DNA from: Alphaproteobacteria bacterium UBA1254
GTDB lineage: Bacteria; Pseudomonadota; Alphaproteobacteria; RF32; CAG-239
NCBI GenBank assembly: GCA_002308495.1
Contig: DBVW01000021.1
Span: 11,338 to 75,337 of the forward strand
Direction of reading: 5' to 3'
Length of the DNA stretch: 64,000 bases
Positions 39,127 through 47,950 of this stretch are shown here, piece by piece. Numbering within the stretch: position 1 is the first letter of the stretch; each line of letters starts with the position of its first letter. Below the pieces are notes generated by a model, which saw nothing but the letters and a program-made list of their open reading frames with translations, was not told where the DNA came from and did no database searches. A program made the translations under genes and the position numbers.

Positions 39127-39837
39127 CTAGCCTTTAATAACTTTCTTCTGAAGTTCTATCAATTCGGCAATCCCTTTTCTTGCCAAAGAAAGAAGCTCCG
39201 AAAAATCATCTTCGCTGAAAGGTTCCCCTTCTGCCGTTCCTTGAATTTCAACAATATTTCCGCTTTGAGTGATCACAAAATTTGAATCCGTATCGGCCGA
39301 GCTGTCTTCTTCATAATCCAAATCAAGCAGCTTTTTTCCATCGACAATACCGCACGAAACAGCCGCAACAAATTCCTTAATCGGCATACGCGAAATCTGT
39401 CCGCTTGCCACCATTTTCTGACACGCCAGATATAAAGCAACAAAAGCACCCGTAATTGAGGCCGTGCGCGTTCCGCCGTCAGCTTGCAAAACGCTGCAAT
39501 CAATAAGAATTTGAAAGCCTTTTAATTTTTCCAAATCGGTAACGGCGCGAAGCGCTCTCCCGATTAAGCGCTTAATTTCGTGCGTCCTGCCCGAATTAAT
39601 GCTTTTATCGATTGAAACGCGTGTTGAAGTTGAGCGCGGCAACAAAAAATATTCTGCCGTAACCCAGCCTTTTTCAGAATTTTTAAGCCAATCGGGCAAA
39701 TGGTCGTCAACCGATGCCGTGCATAAAACATGCGTGTTTCCGCACTTAATCAAACACGAACCTTCCGCATAGGCGTTCACATTTTTGACCATTTCAACAT
39801 TTCGCAGAGCATCAAAAGCTCTTAATCTTTCAGACAT
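39127..39837 (-). CDS. rph: Ribonuclease PH.
   Basis: DCSVLQADGGTRTASITGAFVAL conserved RNase PH motif, 236 aa. Confidence 0.9.
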   Translation of the reverse strand: MSERLRAFDALRNVEMVKNVNAYAEGSCLIKCGNTHVLCTASVDDHLPDWLKNSEKGWVTAEYFLLPRSTSTRVSIDKSINSGRTHEIKRLIGRALRAVTDLEKLKGFQILIDCSVLQADGGTRTASITGAFVALYLACQKMVASGQISRMPIKEFVAAVSCGIVDGKKLLDLDYEEDSSADTDSNFVITQSGNIVEIQGTAEGEPFSEDDFSELLSLARKGIAELIELQKKVIKG

Positions 39838-40376
39838 TTATCCTGCCTTTCAAAAAAATCGTTCAAAGCTTTAATCACACGGTTAACCGTATGTTCCACG
39901 CGCTCATCTTTCGTTTCGACAACAATATCGGCCTCCTGATAATAGGGATATTCTTCCTTAATATAGTTCTCAAGTTTTTCTTTTAATCCCGATTCGTCGC
40001 CTTGCAAAAAAGGCCTTTGCTTGCGTCCGTATGTCCGATGATAAAGTGTATTTAAATCTGCTTTAAGCCAAATCGTCAAAGCGTGCTCTTTTGCCAAATC
40101 GCGCGTTGACTGAGCCACAAAAGAACCGCCGCCCGAAGCCAAAACGCAAGGTGTTCCGTTCAAAAGGCGCTTCATCACGCGCATCTCGCCGGCGCGATAT
40201 TCTTCTTGTCCGAAACATTTAAAAACATCAATCAACGAAAGCCCCGACGCTTTTTCTATTTCCCGGTCTCCGTCAACAAAGGGCAAATTAAGTTTCTGAG
40301 CCAATCTTTTACCCACGCTTGTCTTTCCGCTTCCCATCAGGCCGACAAGCAAAATTATTTTATTTATATTTCTCAT
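39822..40376 (-). CDS. aroK: Shikimate kinase (P-loop kinase, 184 aa).
   Basis: GLMGSGKTSVGKRLAQKLNLPFVDGDREIE matches the shikimate kinase N-terminus. A gluconate kinase is the alternative. Confidence 0.65.
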   Translation of the reverse strand: MRNINKIILLVGLMGSGKTSVGKRLAQKLNLPFVDGDREIEKASGLSLIDVFKCFGQEEYRAGEMRVMKRLLNGTPCVLASGGGSFVAQSTRDLAKEHALTIWLKADLNTLYHRTYGRKQRPFLQGDESGLKEKLENYIKEEYPYYQEADIVVETKDERVEHTVNRVIKALNDFFERQDKCLKD

Positions 40377-40461
40377 TTTTTAACGCTTCTTTTAATAAAA
40401 TTATGCTATATAATACTTTTAATAAAATGACATATCAACAATTTTTAAAAGGTAATCTACC

Positions 40462-40599
40462 ATGAAACAAAAAAACACCAGATGGATTATTTACGCCGTG
40501 CTGTTTTTGCTTTTAGGCGCCGTTGCATTTTTAAGTTTTCACAACATCACGCCGGCTTCCGAACGAATTGAAAAAGAAGTTTCCGTGAACATTCACTAA
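40462..40599 (+). CDS. Small hypothetical membrane protein (45 aa) upstream of xerD.
   Basis: ATG with AAAGG 8 nt upstream. One TM WIIYAVLFLLLGAVAFLSF. Not in the ORF track because it is under the 60-aa cutoff. Confidence 0.3.
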   Translation: MKQKNTRWIIYAVLFLLLGAVAFLSFHNITPASERIEKEVSVNIH

Positions 40600-40603
40600 A
40601 ATC

Positions 40604-41521
40604 ATGAAAAGCGAGCTTGAATTATTTTTAAATATGATGGCGGCCGAAAAAGGAGCTTGTCAAAACACGCTTAGTGCCTATCGAACAGACATTGAGCAAT
40701 TTTTGCTTAAAGAAAACATTGCACCCGAAGATATCGAACCGTCAAAAATTTCAGAATTCGTCCGATATTTAAGCGAACAAAGCTATGCCGTCAAAACGAT
40801 AAACCGAAAAATTTCGGCCATCCGCGATTTCTGCAAATTTTTAACGCAAGAAAAAATCTTAAAAACAAATCCTCTGCCGGACATCACCTCACCGAAATCC
40901 GAAAAGCCGCTTCCGAAATTTTTAAGCACCGAACAAATTCAAAATCTTTATCAAACGGCGCTTGCTCATAAAAACAAAACTTTTAACCGCATCGGCACTG
41001 TCATCATGCTTATGTTTTCGAGCGGACTGCGTGTTTCCGAAGCCGTCAGCCTACCGTTGTCCGCCGTCAATCACAACAAAAAACAAATTTCCGTAACGGG
41101 AAAAGGCAACAAGGATCGCATTGTTTTTTTTGACGATGCAACAAACAGAATTTTGCTTGACTACATCAATGACACACGCCTTTCATTTCTTAAAAACAAA
41201 AAGCCGTCGCCTTTTTTGTTTCCCTCCAAAACAGCTTCCTGCGGACATTTAACACGTGATGCTTTTTTCAAAACGTTGAAGCAGCTTGCCGTTGAGTGCG
41301 GCATTTTTCCCTCGTTGATTTCGCCTCATGTTTTACGCCATTCGTTTGCCACAAACCTGATTAATCATGATGTTGATTTGCGCTCCGTTCAAAAGATGCT
41401 CGGACACGAAAACATTTCCACGACCGAAATTTATACTCATGTTTCAAAACAAAGAATTATCGATTCGGTTTTAAAAAAACACCCGTTAAAAGACTTTTCA
41501 ATAAAGAGAGCCGAACAATGA
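40604..41521 (+). CDS. xerD: Tyrosine site-specific recombinase XerD/XerC.
   Basis: C-terminal LRHSFATNLINHDVDLRSVQKMLGHENISTTEIYTHV (R-H-R-Y catalytic region). 305 aa. Confidence 0.8.
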   Translation: MKSELELFLNMMAAEKGACQNTLSAYRTDIEQFLLKENIAPEDIEPSKISEFVRYLSEQSYAVKTINRKISAIRDFCKFLTQEKILKTNPLPDITSPKSEKPLPKFLSTEQIQNLYQTALAHKNKTFNRIGTVIMLMFSSGLRVSEAVSLPLSAVNHNKKQISVTGKGNKDRIVFFDDATNRILLDYINDTRLSFLKNKKPSPFLFPSKTASCGHLTRDAFFKTLKQLAVECGIFPSLISPHVLRHSFATNLINHDVDLRSVQKMLGHENISTTEIYTHVSKQRIIDSVLKKHPLKDFSIKRAEQ

Positions 41522-42054
41522 CCAAAACAAAAGACATATTAAATCACGAACACTTGGCGCAAGGTCTTTCTCCGTTTTCAAAAGACATTGAACCGATGCT
41601 CAAAAAATTGCTCGGACAAAACGGATTTACAAATATTGACATTGTTAAAAATTGGGAAAGCATCGTGGGTGAAGAGCTCTCAGCTCATACGTTGCCTCAA
41701 AAAATCGAGTTTAAAAAAGATAAAAGGACTGACGGAACGCTTTATTTAATGACAAATTCCGGCGCTTACGCTCTTGAAATTCAACACAAATCAAACATCA
41801 TTATCGAAAAAATCAACACCTATTTCGGCTATCGCGCTGTTGAAAAAATCAAAATCATTCAAAACCAATCCGATGTTTTTGAAACAAAGCCCGATGATGT
41901 TAATATTGCGGATATTGAAAAGAAAAAGCTTGTAACTCAAGACGAACAAAATTATATTGACAGCATCACACAAGATATTACCGACGAGCAACTGAAAGTT
42001 CGGCTGAAAAGACTTGCGCAAACAATAATCGTTTCTCGAAAAAAGGAGAATTAA
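41518..42054 (+). CDS. DUF721/DciA-like protein (178 aa).
   Basis: IVGEELSAHTLPQKIEF...LYLMTNSGAYALEI pattern of DUF721. Translationally coupled to xerD (ATGA overlap). Confidence 0.45.
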   Translation: MTKTKDILNHEHLAQGLSPFSKDIEPMLKKLLGQNGFTNIDIVKNWESIVGEELSAHTLPQKIEFKKDKRTDGTLYLMTNSGAYALEIQHKSNIIIEKINTYFGYRAVEKIKIIQNQSDVFETKPDDVNIADIEKKKLVTQDEQNYIDSITQDITDEQLKVRLKRLAQTIIVSRKKEN

Positions 42055-42056
42055 AC

Positions 42057-42824
42057 TTGGAAAAGTGGATACATATTATAAGCTCTGTTATAACTTCGCT
42101 TATCATTTACGTTGTTGCTGCTTATGCTTATCTTTCATACAAAGGTTTTGTTTATCATGACGGGACTTTTGAATTAATCACGAGCGCCAACGCCGGATTG
42201 CTTGATTTTAGTTTCAAAGATGACGAAACGGAACCGAAAGAACAAAAAGTACTGCTTGCAAAAAACACCGCGCTGAATCTGCCCCAAACCGTTATTGCCG
42301 GCAGCGAAACGGCGCCCGTAACAATATATGAATTTTCATCTCTCGGATGCACACATTGTGCCGATTTTCATTTAAACAGCCTCAACAAACTTGAAAAAAA
42401 TTATCTCTCCGAAAACAAAGTTCGTGTTGTTTTCATCCATTTTCCGCTGGACAGACGTTCGATGAAAGCGGCCATGCTTGCCGAATGTGTTGCCCCCGAA
42501 AAAAAGCCTGATTTTCTCAATCTTGTTTTTTCAAAACAGCGTGAATGGGTTCTTTCAAATGAAGTTGAAAAACACCTGATTAACTATGCCATGATGAATG
42601 ATCTCAGTCGCGAGGAAGCCGAAAGATGCCTTAAAAACGAAGATTTGGCTAAAGAGATTTTATATACGCGCCAGGAAGCCATCGACAAACTCAAAATTGA
42701 AGGAACACCGGCATTTTTGGTTTCTACCGAAAACCAAAAAGAGATTATCTACGGCATCTCCAGCATGAGCAAATTTAAATCATATCTTGACGAACGTCTT
42801 GCGGAAAAGGAAGCGCTCAATTAA
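42057..42824 (+). CDS. DsbA-family thiol:disulfide oxidoreductase with N-terminal membrane anchor.
   Basis: CTHC active site in a thioredoxin-fold context (FSSLGCTHCADFH). TTG start. Confidence 0.65.
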   Translation: MEKWIHIISSVITSLIIYVVAAYAYLSYKGFVYHDGTFELITSANAGLLDFSFKDDETEPKEQKVLLAKNTALNLPQTVIAGSETAPVTIYEFSSLGCTHCADFHLNSLNKLEKNYLSENKVRVVFIHFPLDRRSMKAAMLAECVAPEKKPDFLNLVFSKQREWVLSNEVEKHLINYAMMNDLSREEAERCLKNEDLAKEILYTRQEAIDKLKIEGTPAFLVSTENQKEIIYGISSMSKFKSYLDERLAEKEALN

Positions 42825-43118
42825 ATGAAAAAACCGCAAGACATCGCCTCGCTTGATAAAAAAATCGACGTTTTCAAAAAAAAGCGAACGGCGAAACAAG
42901 CTCAATCCGTCCGAGAGGATTCTCATCAAAATGCGGCAAAGGGCTTTCAAATGAGCATCGAGTTGATTGCCGGCGTGTTTATCGGTTTTTGCATCGGTTA
43001 TTTCTTGGATTTGCTTTTTCAAACAAAGCCTTGGCTTTTAGCCGTCTTTACCGTTTTAGGCGGTGCGGCCGGCATTTTAAATATTTACAAATCGTCGCAT
43101 GAAGGGGAGAACATCTAA
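42825..43118 (+). CDS. atpI: ATP synthase protein I-like small membrane protein (AtpI).
   Basis: 97 aa, two TM helices, immediately upstream of atpB as in the alphaproteobacterial atpIBEF'F operon. Confidence 0.55.
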   Translation: MKKPQDIASLDKKIDVFKKKRTAKQAQSVREDSHQNAAKGFQMSIELIAGVFIGFCIGYFLDLLFQTKPWLLAVFTVLGGAAGILNIYKSSHEGENI

Positions 43119-43841
43119 ATGTCAAGCCCTTTGGAACAGTTTGAAATCAAACCGCTTATACCGCTTGAGTTTCACGGTTATAACATTTCGTTTTCAAATT
43201 CGGCGCTTGCCATGACAATAACCTCTGTTTTTATTGTCATTTTATTTGCCGTTCTTTTGCGCAAACGCACGATTATTCCGAATTTATCTCAATCGGTTCC
43301 CGAAGCTCTCTACGAGTTTATCTACAATCTTGTTAAAACAAATGTCGGCAAACAAGGTCTCAAATATTTTTCATTTATATTCTGTCTGTTTCTTTACATT
43401 GCATTCGGAAATTTATTCGGTTTATTTCCATACAGCTTTACTTTTACCTCGCATATCGCTGCTGTCGGGTTCCTATCCGTTTTAGCTCTTTTGTTCAAGA
43501 TCTGCGTTGGTATATACAATCGAAAATGGGGATATTTGCGCACATTTTTGCCCAAAGGCATTCCGTATGCTTTAGCGCCACTTGTCGTCCCCATCGAAGC
43601 CATTTCGCTTTTATCGAAACCGTTTAGCCTAACGGTCCGTTTGGTTGCAAACATGACTGTCGGACACATTATGCTTAAAATCCTGGGTGGTTTTGTTGTC
43701 GCTCTGGGCATTTTCGGCGTAGTTCCGCTTTTGTTTCAATCGCTCATAATTATTTTTGAAATGTTTATTGCAGTTCTTCAGGCTTTTATATATACTGTCT
43801 TAAGCTGCATTTATTTAGGAGATGCTTTGCATTCCCACTAG
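43119..43841 (+). CDS. atpB: F0F1 ATP synthase subunit a.
   Basis: 240 aa polytopic. Conserved Arg-containing TM4 region (RLVANMTVGH). Confidence 0.85.
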   Translation: MSSPLEQFEIKPLIPLEFHGYNISFSNSALAMTITSVFIVILFAVLLRKRTIIPNLSQSVPEALYEFIYNLVKTNVGKQGLKYFSFIFCLFLYIAFGNLFGLFPYSFTFTSHIAAVGFLSVLALLFKICVGIYNRKWGYLRTFLPKGIPYALAPLVVPIEAISLLSKPFSLTVRLVANMTVGHIMLKILGGFVVALGIFGVVPLLFQSLIIIFEMFIAVLQAFIYTVLSCIYLGDALHSH

Positions 43842-43872
43842 TGCTAACTTTATTTTAAGAAAGGAATTAAAA

Positions 43873-44094
43873 ATGAATCCAGTAGCTTATATTTCCGCCG
43901 CAATTTGCGCTTGTTCGATGATTGTTGCCGCATGGGGCGTTACAAAACTTTGGACAACAATGATTGATACGGTCGGCCGCAATCCTCAAGTCAAAAAAGA
44001 AGTTGATATTTACGGTTGGGCAGGCTTTGCCGCAATTGAGGCTATTGCTTTGTATGCCTTGGTTGTTGCGCTTGTTATCTTAACCGGCAAATAA
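43873..44094 (+). CDS. atpE: F0F1 ATP synthase subunit c.
   Basis: 74 aa hairpin with conserved carboxylate (AAIEAIALYAL). Track ORF 43822 is an upstream extension; the ATG at 43873 follows AAGGAA. Confidence 0.8.
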   Translation: MNPVAYISAAICACSMIVAAWGVTKLWTTMIDTVGRNPQVKKEVDIYGWAGFAAIEAIALYALVVALVILTGK

Positions 44095-44096
44095 AA

Positions 44097-44558
44097 ATGC
44101 CTCAGCTTGAGCCGTCATCTTATATTTCTCAATTTTTCTGGCTGACCGTAACGTTTTTAAGCCTATGGTTTGTTATGGCACAGTTGATTATTCCGCGCAT
44201 TAAAGAAATTGTTGAAGCACGCGAACAAAAAATAGAAAACTATGTTCAAAAAGCTTCCCTGATTAACAAACAGGCGCTTGAAACGCTGGAACGTTACCAA
44301 AAAGCGATAGATCTTGCAAAGAAACAAGCAGATGAAGAAATCGCCACACAAACGGAAATTTTGAAAAAAGACTTTGAGCAAAAAAAGAACGAAATGGACG
44401 CGCTTTTAACTCAAAAGATGCTTGAAAATGAACGGCTTTTAGCACAAGATCGCCTTGAAACAATCGGTGCGATAGATCAAATTTCCGAGCAAACGGCGAA
44501 TATTATTCTCCATAAGCTCGGATTTGAAAAGCAAAAAACAACAAAAAAGGACGCTTAA
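44097..44558 (+). CDS. atpF: F0F1 ATP synthase subunit b'.
   Basis: N-terminal TM plus long coiled-coil, 153 aa, first of two b-type subunits as in alphaproteobacteria. Confidence 0.7.
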   Translation: MPQLEPSSYISQFFWLTVTFLSLWFVMAQLIIPRIKEIVEAREQKIENYVQKASLINKQALETLERYQKAIDLAKKQADEEIATQTEILKKDFEQKKNEMDALLTQKMLENERLLAQDRLETIGAIDQISEQTANIILHKLGFEKQKTTKKDA

Positions 44559-44561
44559 AAA

Positions 44562-45191
44562 ATGCCCTTACTTGAAACGGAACAAACGAACAAACCCGAC
44601 TTCATTGATGCCACGCAAAATGCCGTCATTGATGCGGTCAATTCCGTTTCTCAAATGATTGAAAACACGACGGCAGAAAGCATTTTTGAGCCCAAAACAC
44701 ACACCGAACCTTTTTACGGCTCTGCCGAATTTTGGGTCGGCATGGCTTTTATTTTGGTGGTTATCGCATTGGCCAAACCGCTGTTTAAAGCTCTGACAAA
44801 CCTTTTAATCAGGCGTCGTGAAAAAATCAAAAGCGAATTGTATCAAGCAGCTTCTTTGCAAGATGAGGCTCAAAAACTCCTCGCCCGATACGAGCGTCAG
44901 TTTTTAAACACACAAAACGAAGTTGATGAGATTATTTCAAATGCAAAACAAGAGCTTTTGAATTTAAGCAACCAAAAAACACAAGCGCTTGAAAATGAGC
45001 TTTTCAAAAAACAAAAAGAAGCCGAAAAAGTCATTGATGCCGCCATTGAAAAAGCGCGCGACGAATTGAACTTTGCCGTTTCCAAAAAAACGATTGAAAT
45101 CGTCAAAACACACATCAAACAAAACATAACGAAATCACAACGTTCAAAATTGATTGATGCTTCCATTTCAAACATCTTAAAAAGCCTGTAA
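44562..45191 (+). CDS. atpF: F0F1 ATP synthase subunit b.
   Basis: 209 aa, TM plus coiled-coil, follows b'. Confidence 0.7.
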   Translation: MPLLETEQTNKPDFIDATQNAVIDAVNSVSQMIENTTAESIFEPKTHTEPFYGSAEFWVGMAFILVVIALAKPLFKALTNLLIRRREKIKSELYQAASLQDEAQKLLARYERQFLNTQNEVDEIISNAKQELLNLSNQKTQALENELFKKQKEAEKVIDAAIEKARDELNFAVSKKTIEIVKTHIKQNITKSQRSKLIDASISNILKSL

Positions 45192-45224
45192 TTTCTGCTC
45201 TAGACGAGCCGTTATATGAGCTTT

Positions 45225-45638
45225 TTACTCTTCTTCGTCACCGCCTTGCTGTTCAACCTTTATATTATCTTCTTTCCACTTTTGAAAAGTCGATTTAACC
45301 ATATCGGAAACAACATTTTTAAGCTTTTCGGTAACTGTTTTCTTATCTTCGCAAACTTTAAGCTCTTTGTTCCACTCGCGCCCTGCTCTTTTACATTCAA
45401 GCTCTTCGGCGTGCAAAACATAATAACCGGCAAAAAGCATTGCACCCAAAAGCGCAATTGCAAAAACAATTTTCAAAAACGATTTTGCAAAAATCCACAA
45501 AATCCAAAAACCGCCGATCATTATCATAATCATCTTGTTAATCATCGGGTCTTTTTCCAAAACAAACGCCAAAAGACCGAAATAACCGAGCGCACACGCA
45601 AAAATAATATGGCTTAAATATTTCACGAAAATGTTCAT
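45225..45638 (-). CDS. Hypothetical membrane protein (137 aa).
   Basis: Three to four predicted TM helices, acidic C-terminus. Confidence 0.4.
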   Translation of the reverse strand: MNIFVKYLSHIIFACALGYFGLLAFVLEKDPMINKMIMIMIGGFWILWIFAKSFLKIVFAIALLGAMLFAGYYVLHAEELECKRAGREWNKELKVCEDKKTVTEKLKNVVSDMVKSTFQKWKEDNIKVEQQGGDEEE

Positions 45639-45704
45639 TTTATTGTCCTTATAAAAAACATAACCTGATATTTTTTTAAATTATTTTTTTCAAATAATCA
45701 AGGC

Positions 45705-46946
45705 TTAATGCAATTCTTTACAAGCCCTCTTAAAGTCTCTGATAATTTCTTCCTCACCGTTGATATGCCCGTTTTTCATCAAACATTTCCCGTCACAGAA
45801 CACATCTTTAATACAAGAACTGTCCGCGGCATAAACCATATTTGAAATCAAATTTTCGCACGGAATCAAAGCAAAATTATTCAAATCAACCAACATAAAA
45901 TCGGCCAAATAACCTTCTTTGATTTTGCCGGCGTTTATTCCGAGTGCCTCAAATCCGTTGGCTGTTGCCACCTCAAATATTGAACCGACTTTAGCTGCCA
46001 AACAATCATCTGCTTTGCTTTTTGCCGAAAGTGCCGCAACTTTCATCTCGTCAATCATCGAAAGATTGTTATTCGAGGCCACTCCGTCCGTTCCGAGCGT
46101 TACCCTTAAACCCTCATCCGAATAACGCTGCAAAGGCATCTGCCCCGAATTAAGCTTTAAGTTTGAAATCGGGTTGTTCACAACAACGCTTTTTGCCTTT
46201 TTGATGAGCCTTATTTCCTCGTCATCCAAATGCACACTGTGCGCCAAAATCGTTTTTTCATCCAAAACATTCCAGTCGCTCAAAAGCTTGCCGGGTCTTT
46301 TGCCGTATTTTGCCAAACAATCCTCAACTTCTTTCTTTGTTTCCGACAGATGCATGTTAAAAAGAAGCCCTTCATCACGCGCCATCTGTTTAAACGTCTT
46401 AATCAGTTTTTCCGAAACCGTATAAACCGCATGACACGAAAGCCCTTTTTGAACTTTTTGTGACGGCATTTTAAGGCTCAAAAATTTCTCTGCGTTTTCA
46501 ATTTCTTTTTTTGTTTTTGCCTCATCAAAATTATCCATTCCGCAATAAGTCAAAACGCTGCGCACACCCATTTCGTCAACCGCCTTAATGCTCGCTTCCG
46601 GATAAAAATACATGTCTAAAAATGCGGTCGTTCCCGTCCTAATCATTTCCAAAATAGCAAATTTTGAAAAATAATAAATCGCTTCCGGGGTTAATTTTGC
46701 CTCTCTCGGCCAAATTTCTTTTTGAAGCCAGTCAAACAGCGCCAAATCTTCGCCCACTCCGCGCAGAAACATCATTGAAGCGTGTGTATGCATATTACAA
46801 AATGTCGGCAAAATCGCCTTTCCGCTCGCGTCCATAACTTGCGCCTCGTCTTCTTTAATTCCCGTTCCGATTTTTTCAAACCGATTGCCTTTGATTAAAA
46901 CATCAACCGTCTGCCCGTTCAAATAAACATTTTTAACTATAATCAT
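45705..46946 (-). CDS. Metal-dependent amidohydrolase of the chlorohydrolase/deaminase family (MTA/SAH deaminase-like or guanine deaminase-like).
   Basis: HTHASMMFLRG metal-binding HxH motif. 413 aa TIM-barrel amidohydrolase signature. Confidence 0.6.
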   Translation of the reverse strand: MIIVKNVYLNGQTVDVLIKGNRFEKIGTGIKEDEAQVMDASGKAILPTFCNMHTHASMMFLRGVGEDLALFDWLQKEIWPREAKLTPEAIYYFSKFAILEMIRTGTTAFLDMYFYPEASIKAVDEMGVRSVLTYCGMDNFDEAKTKKEIENAEKFLSLKMPSQKVQKGLSCHAVYTVSEKLIKTFKQMARDEGLLFNMHLSETKKEVEDCLAKYGKRPGKLLSDWNVLDEKTILAHSVHLDDEEIRLIKKAKSVVVNNPISNLKLNSGQMPLQRYSDEGLRVTLGTDGVASNNNLSMIDEMKVAALSAKSKADDCLAAKVGSIFEVATANGFEALGINAGKIKEGYLADFMLVDLNNFALIPCENLISNMVYAADSSCIKDVFCDGKCLMKNGHINGEEEIIRDFKRACKELH

Positions 46947-47084
46947 TGTTTTTCTTTCAATAAAATCATTTTTTCTGTTTATAGCATACCTCGCTCAATT
47001 TTTCAAGAAAAAACCCTGTTTTTCCTTTCATCAATTTTTCTCCGTCATGCCTCGAGCGAAGCGAGATAAGGCATCCCAAAAACT

Positions 47085-47210
47085 CGGAAAATGGTGCAGA
47101 TAGAGTGAAAATAAAGGCGGAAGTACCGCAGCGTACAAAAAGGTACGTGAGGACACTTCCGACCTGTTATTTTTGCTCTAGATGTGCCGTTATACGAGCT
47201 TTTATTCCGA
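47085..47210. repeat. Palindromic repeat element, copy B (RPE/MITE-like), ending in GCCGTTATACGAGC.
   Basis: ~110 bp ≥90% identical to 6990-7105. ORF 47045-47230 is spurious. Confidence 0.75.
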
Positions 47211-47330
47211 TTCTTCTTGCTTAAACCCAAAAATAGTGCTATAATAAAATTTCAATCAACAATTATTTGCAAATTATATGCATATGGGCTTAATATAATA
47301 ACTCAGTCAAACCATTAAACCAATATATAT

Positions 47331-47789
47331 ATGGAAACATCTTCCGACCTCAAGCGCTACTTCAGCGCTTTTGTCACAGCCTTGCTTGTGGCAACGCCCA
47401 TCATCCTCACCTTCGCCTATCTTGAAAATGAGAACATCATTCTCAAATGGGTGATTTTAATCCTCGCGGCTGCCGTGAGCTTCCAATTCGGAAAGCTTTT
47501 CCGCGGCCACATCGACGTCAAACGTTCCGATTGGCAGACGCTTGAGAAGGTGCTCGACATCATCTTCTCCATCTTCCTGCTCGGATGCGGCGCCGGACTG
47601 ATGTATGTTTACGGCTACTGTCTCGAGGAAATCTTCCGGATGGGACAGGGTTTCGGAATGCTGTCCATCAGCATCATCATGCTGATCGGCGCCTTTTGGC
47701 CCGCCAAAGTCAAGTCCGTCAAACTGACCAAGAACGTCAGCCTCAAGCTAATCGGTGATATTCCGGATCTTGACAAGACCGAGGAATAA
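47331..47789 (+). CDS. Small 4-TM membrane protein (152 aa) of atypically high GC (~53%) and C-ending codon usage; likely horizontally acquired.
   Basis: Sharp compositional contrast with flanks (ctc/ggc/gac/atc codons). Flanked by repeat-element copies. Followed by a strong GC-rich terminator. Possible -35/-10 (TTGCAA ... TATAAT) at ~47267-47298. Confidence 0.6.
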   Translation: METSSDLKRYFSAFVTALLVATPIILTFAYLENENIILKWVILILAAAVSFQFGKLFRGHIDVKRSDWQTLEKVLDIIFSIFLLGCGAGLMYVYGYCLEEIFRMGQGFGMLSISIIMLIGAFWPAKVKSVKLTKNVSLKLIGDIPDLDKTEE

Positions 47790-47807
47790 AAGCCCGCAAA
47801 CTTTCGA

Positions 47808-47843
47808 CCTGCGCGCCCCAAAGCGCGCGGGTTTTTTATTTTA
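47808..47843 (+). terminator. Rho-independent terminator.
   Basis: ctgcgcgc-cccaaa-gcgcgcgg stem-loop followed by GTTTTTTATTTT. Confidence 0.75.
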
Positions 47844-47950
47844 ATTAAGGATACATAAGCGTGAGGAACCAATTAGACAAGCCCCCGTTATACGTATTAA
47901 AAATAAAAATGCGGAGAATGAGATTACTTTAGTTACCCGTTATACGCGTT

